Source: Escherichia phage PECP20
Strand: one strand, 5' to 3'
DNA length: 64,000 nucleotides
Sequence record: OQ873415.1
Under the pieces are notes generated by a model, which did no database searches, was not told the origin of the DNA, and was given only the letters and a program-made list of their open reading frames with translations. A program made the position numbers and the translations under genes. Of the stretch, positions 57,352-64,000 are shown one piece after another (the stretch's first letter is position 1; each line of letters begins with the position of its first letter).

Positions 57352-59565
57352 TTATTTGGCCGCTTCCACGGCCTTCATGAATTTAACGATTTGAGCGACC
57401 TGTTCTTTAGAAAGAGTACCACGTCGTCCCATGTATTCTGACACAATATGATAATTGGTTTCGAATTCAATAACCATTTTATCATCATTATCGTAAGCGT
57501 TATCTTTAAGCTTATCGAAAATTTTAGCACATAGTTCTAACTTTTTATTCAGTTCTCTGTTAGTAGCACCTGAGAATCGATTCCATCCCCAACGATTATT
57601 TACTGTTGAGAGTTTTGCAAAATCTTTACTGATTTCTTTGTTTTTAAAGCTAAAATACTTACTAAGGAAGTTAAGCTCTTCATTACGAGTAATATGATTC
57701 AAATAAGGTTGAGCTCTACGACTTGGTGATACATACTCATCATAATCTACTTTATCGATTAGCATAATATAGTCGTTAATTGATTTTTCAAACAAACACT
57801 CTACTTCACCAAGTTTACGAACTTTCTTAGCAATCTGTTGGCGAACTACAGTGAACTCTTTAATACCTGACAAATCGGCAATACGAGTCAAGAAATTAGA
57901 ATCATAGTTCAACCAACCTTTATCTGCGTCAAGACATTCAGCATTAGAACGATTACGAACTATAGCATAACCTTGGATTTCATCTGCTTCACTTGCCGAA
58001 ATAAAGAGGTCTTCTGATACCCAAACATCGTTTTCATTCTTAAAGAATCGATGAGCACTTGGCGATTTAGGACGAGGCTCATTAGTCCGTTTCCTGACTT
58101 CAATCCATGGCTTAACGATTTGTAAAAGCTCTGAAGTCTTGTACATGTTAATGTTGTCGCCATCAAAGATAACTTTAAGGCGTTCCAGAAGTTTCATTGC
58201 ATCTTCGTCTGTAGGGTCAACGAATAGTACACTTTTACCAAAACCGCGTGGAACTTTACCAGTTAATTTAACCTCGTCTTTAGACATTTCAATTGAATTA
58301 AGAGCTCGCATTAATGGAACGCGTCCCTTAACGTCGTCAATAACAATTTCAACGTTTTTAATGTTAATGCCAATCAAACTGTTAATTGAAATGGTTGTCG
58401 TTGAGCTACCACTTTCACGAATACGACGAAGACGAGGGGATTCAACGATATCGTATACGACGCCAAGATTACACCACTCAGGCCCCATTTTAAAACGTTT
58501 GTACAACTCAGAATAAGTTAGTTGTTCTTTAGAGTATTTCAGTGATTCAATATTGGACCCGGCCTTTTCCATGTATTTACGAGCGGTATAGCCAAGAGAA
58601 TCAATTTCACGGAACACATGGCGTGGGTATTTACAATCAATCCATTTCTTAGAATCTTCAGCGAACAATTTAGCATCGATTTCTGCAACACGTTTATGGA
58701 TATTTGCTACTGTACGTTTATCAAATGACAATGCTTCACGAGACGGGGCTACATCTAGTTCACCCATAGGGAATTTAATATAAGCTGTAGTGCATCGCGT
58801 CATCATCCATGTTTGTTCTTTAATAACACTTCCGATCGGATATACAATACCACCATAAACAGCCATGATATTACCACGTTCACCCCATGGAGCTTCCTTG
58901 GCCAAATATACATCGTCAAATTCCGGGAAGTATTTGATATCTTTAACACCACGAACTTCTGCAATATCACCTAGAGGACGCATAACATATGCAATTTCGG
59001 ATGCAAACTTTTCAAAATCTTCCGGGTTAACCGGTACGACTACTTCTACACCCGTACGGTCATCAGGACCCATCTTATCTACAAAGGTCGGCTTAATTTG
59101 TGGACCCGTGTCATCTTGGTAGATTACGTAACCACGAACTTCACCATTGTGATAAGACGTAAGGTTAAACGTATCGGTATATGCTAGCGGAGCTTTAGAG
59201 CCGAGTCCGAATCCACCGATGAAATCGTTACTCGATGTTTTAGTTGAAGCAAAATATGAGTTATAGATTCCTGGCTCTTCGTCATTACCTCTAATGGTGA
59301 AATCACTCATACCAGGACCAAAGTCTCGAACTACAAAACGTGGGTCTAAACGACCTGGAGCCTGAACAATAAACTTATCAGTGCAACCGTTAAGAATTTG
59401 TCCATCGATACAGTTTGTAATTAATTCACGTACACAAGCCAATTCTTTGTTTGTATAAAGGTCATTAGACAAAATCTTATAAACTTTGCTATTGCCTTGA
59501 ATAGTGAATGCTGTGCTCTTACCGCCTGAACCAATAATCGTTTCTTTAGCCGTTTCAATAATCAT
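57352..59565 (-). CDS. rIIA: rIIA
   Basis: 737 aa; MIIETAKETIIGSGGKSTAFTI...VRELITNCIDG...FGPGMSDF...GGFGLGSK (GHKL-type ATPase motifs), T4 rIIA-like. Confidence 0.95.
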   Translation of the reverse strand: MIIETAKETIIGSGGKSTAFTIQGNSKVYKILSNDLYTNKELACVRELITNCIDGQILNGCTDKFIVQAPGRLDPRFVVRDFGPGMSDFTIRGNDEEPGIYNSYFASTKTSSNDFIGGFGLGSKAPLAYTDTFNLTSYHNGEVRGYVIYQDDTGPQIKPTFVDKMGPDDRTGVEVVVPVNPEDFEKFASEIAYVMRPLGDIAEVRGVKDIKYFPEFDDVYLAKEAPWGERGNIMAVYGGIVYPIGSVIKEQTWMMTRCTTAYIKFPMGELDVAPSREALSFDKRTVANIHKRVAEIDAKLFAEDSKKWIDCKYPRHVFREIDSLGYTARKYMEKAGSNIESLKYSKEQLTYSELYKRFKMGPEWCNLGVVYDIVESPRLRRIRESGSSTTTISINSLIGINIKNVEIVIDDVKGRVPLMRALNSIEMSKDEVKLTGKVPRGFGKSVLFVDPTDEDAMKLLERLKVIFDGDNINMYKTSELLQIVKPWIEVRKRTNEPRPKSPSAHRFFKNENDVWVSEDLFISASEADEIQGYAIVRNRSNAECLDADKGWLNYDSNFLTRIADLSGIKEFTVVRQQIAKKVRKLGEVECLFEKSINDYIMLIDKVDYDEYVSPSRRAQPYLNHITRNEELNFLSKYFSFKNKEISKDFAKLSTVNNRWGWNRFSGATNRELNKKLELCAKIFDKLKDNAYDNDDKMVIEFETNYHIVSEYMGRRGTLSKEQVAQIVKFMKAVEAAK

Positions 59566-59577
59566 ATTTTTCTCTCA

Positions 59578-59778
59578 TCACAAGTTACGTTTAAAAATTT
59601 CTGCTACTTCAAGAAGTTCTTCTTTAGTAGCTGTATCGGTTTGTATTTTATATCGAATTTCTTTAAAGCGTTCTTTAAAGGACTCTGCTGATTCGATATC
59701 AAAAAATCTTTGGATAAGCCGGAATTCCCGGAGCACTGCTTTATCAAAAAGTTCCAAGTCCACGTTATACGTTCTCAT
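59578..59778 (-). CDS. rIIA.1-position small protein (66 aa)
   Basis: ORF directly upstream of rIIA. Confidence 0.6.
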   Translation of the reverse strand: MRTYNVDLELFDKAVLREFRLIQRFFDIESAESFKERFKEIRYKIQTDTATKEELLEVAEIFKRNL

Positions 59779-59802
59779 AATATTCTCTTCAGTAGATTCC
59801 TA

Positions 59803-59857
59803 GGGCACTATTACTAAAGACCATATAATCTATCATCTTATGTGTAATAGTGCCTCA
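59803..59857. repeat. 11-bp perfect inverted repeat with about 30-nt AT-rich spacer
   Basis: GGCACTATTAC (59803-59813) and GTAATAGTGCC (59845-59855) in the intergenic region between the glycosyltransferase gene and rIIA.1. Confidence 0.6.
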
Positions 59858-59870
59858 GGCGATTCAGGAT

Positions 59871-60971
59871 TTACGCTGTGAAGATTTTATCCCACATCGC
59901 AACAACTGCATCTCGGTTATACTTCTTCCATACGGCTTCAGCACGTTTAACTCGAGCTTCGTATGTGTCAGTGAATTCTAATACAGCTTTTGTGTAAAGC
60001 GCAACTACTTCTTTCTTAGGAGTAGAGGAATCAATTTCTACACGCACAGTATCTGGGTCATATTCGAATGTCGCGTGCGGATAATCCTTAAAAACTAACT
60101 GAATCACAGGGACACCTTTAGAGATGGCTTCAATAGAACTATTCTCTACCGTACCCGTGTCAGGACACGTATTGATAAGTGCTTTAGCTGTTTTAAGACG
60201 TTCCATGATTTCACTGTGTGGAGCATCAATAATAACAGGATACTTAGCCGGTGGTGCCCATTTACTAGGACAGTATCCTGCACCATTTTCGCCTAGTGCT
60301 TTAATCGCTTCAAGAGCAACATCAGTACGACGCATTTTAGTGTCATAACGTTGTGCACTAATAATCAGATCAGTCGCCGGAAGAACTTCAGGTTTCTCAT
60401 TCAAACAAATAACCGGATAATCTTCGGCTTCAAACAACGGATTTGCTCGCCAATAATCATAATCAATTTTGTCAGTCAGACCTGAAGTCATATAACAATA
60501 TTTGCGTTCAAATTCACGGAAGGCTTTAGTAGGAGCATAACTCTTACCACCGTTCTTATGAATTTGAATAGTCTGGTCCCAAATTTGAACAATACCACGA
60601 GATACCGGTTCAAATGGTGTTGCCATAAAATTCTTATGAACTTTAGAGAGACCTGCGTCTTTAATTGCCTGAACGGTTAGTTTGGTCGGTTCCATTGTAA
60701 CAACGAAATCGTACTCATTAATGCCGGCTAGTTCAACAATCTTACGAGCCATAGTATAACTCATACCTAGACTGAATTTAGTCAGATGACCAACAGGATG
60801 ATGATTAACCTTCCAATCACCAAATGTGTCATTATCAAAACCGATATAATCAATATCGGCACCGATAGAAACTAAATATTTCAACACATTTAAATGTACT
60901 GCTTCAAGACCACCTTGTACACGTTCAGGATTAAATGGGACTGCACGAGATGGGATAAACATAACTTTCAT
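59871..60971 (-). CDS. GT-B fold glycosyltransferase (GT4-like); candidate DNA sugar-modification enzyme
   Basis: 366 aa; N-terminal MKVMFIPSRAVPFNPERVQGGLEAVHLNVLKYL and C-terminal ...TCPDTGTVENSSIEAISKGVPVI resemble the GT4 donor-binding region; no resemblance to T4 alpha- or beta-glucosyltransferase; located between rIIA.1 and gene 39. Confidence 0.65.
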   Translation of the reverse strand: MKVMFIPSRAVPFNPERVQGGLEAVHLNVLKYLVSIGADIDYIGFDNDTFGDWKVNHHPVGHLTKFSLGMSYTMARKIVELAGINEYDFVVTMEPTKLTVQAIKDAGLSKVHKNFMATPFEPVSRGIVQIWDQTIQIHKNGGKSYAPTKAFREFERKYCYMTSGLTDKIDYDYWRANPLFEAEDYPVICLNEKPEVLPATDLIISAQRYDTKMRRTDVALEAIKALGENGAGYCPSKWAPPAKYPVIIDAPHSEIMERLKTAKALINTCPDTGTVENSSIEAISKGVPVIQLVFKDYPHATFEYDPDTVRVEIDSSTPKKEVVALYTKAVLEFTDTYEARVKRAEAVWKKYNRDAVVAMWDKIFTA

Positions 60972-60984
60972 AATTAAGCCTTAT

Positions 60985-61015
60985 TAAAATTAAAATGAAG
61001 CTCCTAAAGGAGCTT
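60985..61015 (-). terminator. hairpin terminator at the gene 39 stop
   Basis: Minus strand AAGCTCC-TTTA-GGAGCTT then CATTTTAATTTTAAT. Confidence 0.45.
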
Positions 61016-62831
61016 AGGACATCCATTCTTTACGAAGTTCTGAATCATCACCCAACAACATTTCAAAGAGTTCTTTCCAATTTTCAGGAAGTTTAACTAC
61101 GTCGTACACAGGGTTCTGAATCATTTCACGATACTCTGACTTTTCAAGGGAGCCTAATCCCTTGATGTATCGAATACTATGCTTAGGCAGTGTATCTTTA
61201 ACTTCTTCATACTCAGCTACAGTATAAAACCATTTTTGAGTTTTGCCAATTTGTGCAATAATTACAGGTGTTTTAACAAAGCGAATACGTCCTTGTTCAA
61301 ACAATTCAGGCCAATTACTAAAGAAAGCAAGCAAAGCCGGATAGATACTTCCAAGACCGTCATGATCGGCATCGGTCATAATTGCAATATTACGATAGTT
61401 CGTATTCTCTGCCTTTTCACCAAGAATAAGACCTGTGATAGCACAGATATCGAATAACTCTTTGTTCTTCATCATATCAGCATATGACATACCCCAGCTA
61501 TTCATCACCTTACCACGTAATGGGAATCCACCGTGTAGTTCACGGTCACGAACATCAATGAGATATCCAATTGCCGAATCACCTTCTGTTAAGAACAATG
61601 TCGTATCTGCATCTTTACCACATTGGTTAGCTTTAATATGCTTATGAACCTTAGCTTTAGTTGCCTTTTTAGCTGCTTTAGTTTCTGCAGCCTTTTCTGC
61701 TGCCAATTTACGAGCTAATGCTGCTTCAACAATAGGCATAATCAAGGCTTCGTTTTTAAGAAGTGCCTGGGCAATTTTCTTAGCATCTAATTGGATATGA
61801 TTACGAATATCACCATACGTTGACGTTAAACGTTCTTTAGTCTGAGAATCAAAACGCATGTTGCTCATGTCTCGAATAAACATCAACATTGTGAGGCATT
61901 CTTTAACACGAGCTTTAGTGACTTCAATACCCTTATATTTCTTTTTAATACCTGGCAAAAGATGTTCGCAGATATCATCCATTACACATTCAACATGATG
62001 ACCACCATTTTTAGTATGGATGTTATTCACATAAGTTAAATGACGGAAGCCATCTGGTGATGTTGTGAATGCTATAGAGACTTTATCATTTTCTTGAATG
62101 ATGTTATCTTCACCAAATTGTTTAGCAAATCGTTTAAAATTACCATCGACCTTTTTACCATTAAATGTGAACTTGATATCAGGATAAACGACTGCCAATG
62201 TTTGAAGTCGATCTAAAGTAATATCTAAATAAATTTGAGATAAATTATGCTCTTCAAATGAAGTGAAATCAGGAGTGAAGATTACTTTAGTGCCTTTACC
62301 TTTAGATTTCTTAGAAGACCATGATTTGTTTTCCATTCCGTTTGAACAGTTAACAGTGATTTCATTTTCGCCATCTGACGTGATGCCTGTAAACAACGTA
62401 GAGAAGATATTAGTTAAACTACTCCCGACGCCGTTCATACCACCAGTCTTGCGTTCAGAGTCATCACCAAAGTTACCACCGGCCTTTGGAATAGTCCAGG
62501 CTGCTACAGGCCCAGGAATTTGTTCACCTGTTTGGTCGGTAACTAAACCTTGAGGAATACCACGTCCGTTATCTTCCACCGAAACTTGATTATTTTTAAT
62601 TTGCACATCAATTTTATTTGCAAACTTAAATGATGTACGAATAGCTTCATCAACCGAGTTGTCAATAATCTCATCGATTAATTTAACCAGGCCAGGAACA
62701 TATTCAACTTGTTGATATTTACCAAACAAAAAACGCTCGTGGGCTTCTTTAGCAGAAGAACCAATATACATACCACTACGTTTCTTAATATGTTCTACAT
62801 CTGACAATACCTTAATTTCATTTTTAATCAT
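61014..62831 (-). CDS. 39: topoisomerase II large subunit (GyrB-like), single fused 39+60 equivalent
   Basis: 605 aa with GHKL ATPase and TOPRIM regions in one ORF; T4 splits this into gene 39 (516 aa) and gene 60. Confidence 0.93.
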   Translation of the reverse strand: MIKNEIKVLSDVEHIKKRSGMYIGSSAKEAHERFLFGKYQQVEYVPGLVKLIDEIIDNSVDEAIRTSFKFANKIDVQIKNNQVSVEDNGRGIPQGLVTDQTGEQIPGPVAAWTIPKAGGNFGDDSERKTGGMNGVGSSLTNIFSTLFTGITSDGENEITVNCSNGMENKSWSSKKSKGKGTKVIFTPDFTSFEEHNLSQIYLDITLDRLQTLAVVYPDIKFTFNGKKVDGNFKRFAKQFGEDNIIQENDKVSIAFTTSPDGFRHLTYVNNIHTKNGGHHVECVMDDICEHLLPGIKKKYKGIEVTKARVKECLTMLMFIRDMSNMRFDSQTKERLTSTYGDIRNHIQLDAKKIAQALLKNEALIMPIVEAALARKLAAEKAAETKAAKKATKAKVHKHIKANQCGKDADTTLFLTEGDSAIGYLIDVRDRELHGGFPLRGKVMNSWGMSYADMMKNKELFDICAITGLILGEKAENTNYRNIAIMTDADHDGLGSIYPALLAFFSNWPELFEQGRIRFVKTPVIIAQIGKTQKWFYTVAEYEEVKDTLPKHSIRYIKGLGSLEKSEYREMIQNPVYDVVKLPENWKELFEMLLGDDSELRKEWMS

Positions 62832-62894
62832 GTTGTCTCCTCGTTATGAAGGTATTCTATCATCCGAAATCTAAAGCAAAAAGGGCCGAAGCCC

Positions 62895-63317
62895 TTATTT
62901 AAATTTAATTTTCTGAAGTGCATCAATTGCAGCCAAACGCCCTTGTTCACTTTTAACCGTAATGACCACATCACCTGATACGATCACTGAACCATCAACA
63001 AATTCTATAGAGCCTTTTTTGAAATCGACAGCTGTATCTGATTCCGGAACTTCTTCAAAGAATTTAAATTCTGCACCATAAATCAGAATATCACCTTGCA
63101 TACTAATGATTGTACGTCCAGGTCCATCGGTTTCAGCGGCAATCATTGAAACACCGTAGCCAATCATCTCTTCTACAATAAAATCTCTTGATAATAAAAC
63201 TGTATGCAGAGTAGTGTTAAGACGTTTACCAGTTGTATTAAGAATTCTCAAGAAATTATCTTCTTGACCTTTGATAATACGATATTTCTTACCAACTTCA
63301 AAACCTTTAAAAGCCAT
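62895..63317 (-). CDS. hypothetical protein (140 aa), goF/39.x position
   Basis: ORF at the position of T4 goF; identity to goF not verified. Confidence 0.5.
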   Translation of the reverse strand: MAFKGFEVGKKYRIIKGQEDNFLRILNTTGKRLNTTLHTVLLSRDFIVEEMIGYGVSMIAAETDGPGRTIISMQGDILIYGAEFKFFEEVPESDTAVDFKKGSIEFVDGSVIVSGDVVITVKSEQGRLAAIDALQKIKFK

Positions 63318-63319
63318 AA

Positions 63320-63499
63320 TTATCCCTTCTTAAGTAAGTCGTAAAAACCACCATTCACATGTTTAGGAGCAGAAACCCGACGAGTAGACAGACGATGACA
63401 TTCAGGGCAAACATCGTTTTCTCGTTCAGAAATCCTTTTAATTTTTTCATATTCATGGCCACAATCTTCAGATTGACATTTATAGTCGTATAACGGCAT
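63320..63499 (-). CDS. small zinc-ribbon protein (59 aa), FmdB-like
   Basis: Hand-translated MPLYDYKCQSEDCGHEYEKIKRISERENDVCPECHRLSTRR... with CxxC(18)CxxC; tightly packed between neighbours; under 60 aa so absent from the track. Confidence 0.5.
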   Translation of the reverse strand: MPLYDYKCQSEDCGHEYEKIKRISERENDVCPECHRLSTRRVSAPKHVNGGFYDLLKKG

Positions 63500-63501
63500 T
63501 A

Positions 63502-63906
63502 TTATTCCTTAAAATGTGCTTTCAACATTTGATACAAAGACCATGCCTGGTCGTTATTTTCGATAGTAACTTTCATTACTGGGAATTCTGTGAAATCTTC
63601 TATCTGTTCTTGCTCTTCAGATGCTTGATATGGATTTCCAACTTCATCAAAAAACTCTGCTTCACTAGTAGAGAGCCAGATAAAGTTTTCATCAAGAATA
63701 TCACCACCAGTTGCGTATCCAACCATGCCAGTAGATGTCACAATTTTAGTAGGTCGTCCAAGATGGTCAACATCTAATACTTTAAATGGTTCCATGCCAA
63801 GACGTCGTGCATAAATCCCATTATCAGTGTGGTTTTTAATAAACTCTTCTTGGGCACGTTTATCTTTAAATTGGTACCATGAGTTAACGCGGAATTTATT
63901 AGCCAT
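63502..63906 (-). CDS. hypothetical acidic protein (134 aa)
   Basis: ATG at 63906 overlapping the upstream stop (TAATG). Confidence 0.5.
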   Translation of the reverse strand: MANKFRVNSWYQFKDKRAQEEFIKNHTDNGIYARRLGMEPFKVLDVDHLGRPTKIVTSTGMVGYATGGDILDENFIWLSTSEAEFFDEVGNPYQASEEQEQIEDFTEFPVMKVTIENNDQAWSLYQMLKAHFKE

Positions 63907-64000
63907 TAGTAAGTTTCCTTCCAATAAGTTGTACCGTTTTCAGTGATTTCACGGAAGATACCATAGATAGGCATTTCATCACCGAGTTTTTCGTAAACGT
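63906..64000 (-). CDS. hypothetical protein, C-terminal fragment (gene continues beyond window end)
   Basis: In-frame minus-strand coding ...[30 protein letters not shown] ending at a TAATG junction. Confidence 0.4.
   Translation of the reverse strand, partial: VYEKLGDEMPIYGIFREITENGTTYWKETY

Overview
This window is a contiguous 64 kb segment of a T4-like (Tevenvirinae) myovirus genome, in the same gene order and orientation as T4. All gene identifications rest on reading the six-frame translations against remembered T4 proteins and motifs; no database search was run. Reading left to right: rnlB (5' part), hoc, inh, uvsW, uvsW.1, uvsY, then baseplate genes 25, 26, 51, 27, 28, 29, 48, 54. Next comes the minus-strand early/middle block: alt, 30 (DNA ligase), 30.x ORFs, rIII, 31, cd, pseT, the spanin pair, alc, rnlA, denA, nrdB, nrdA, td, frd, 32, 59, 33, dsbA, rnh. 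Then the plus-strand long tail fibre module 34-35-36-37-38 and holin t, followed by asiA, motA, 52, ndd, denB, rIIB, rIIA and a single fused gene 39 (topoisomerase II large subunit). No introns, homing endonucleases, tRNAs or CRISPR arrays were seen. The content that departs from T4 is: a class-I DAHP synthase homologue coupled to cd; a GT-B glycosyltransferase between rIIA.1 and gene 39; a T2/S16-type fibre tip (gp37 with a C-terminal self-cleaving chaperone domain plus a glycine-rich gp38 adhesin); a Hoc with four Ig-like domains; and many repeated roughly 60-70 bp early promoter/stem-loop/RBS cassettes and near-identical terminator hairpins bracketing small accessory ORFs. The gene 39 fusion, the absence of introns and the glycosyltransferase position suggest an RB69/JS98-like lineage, but this is inference only.
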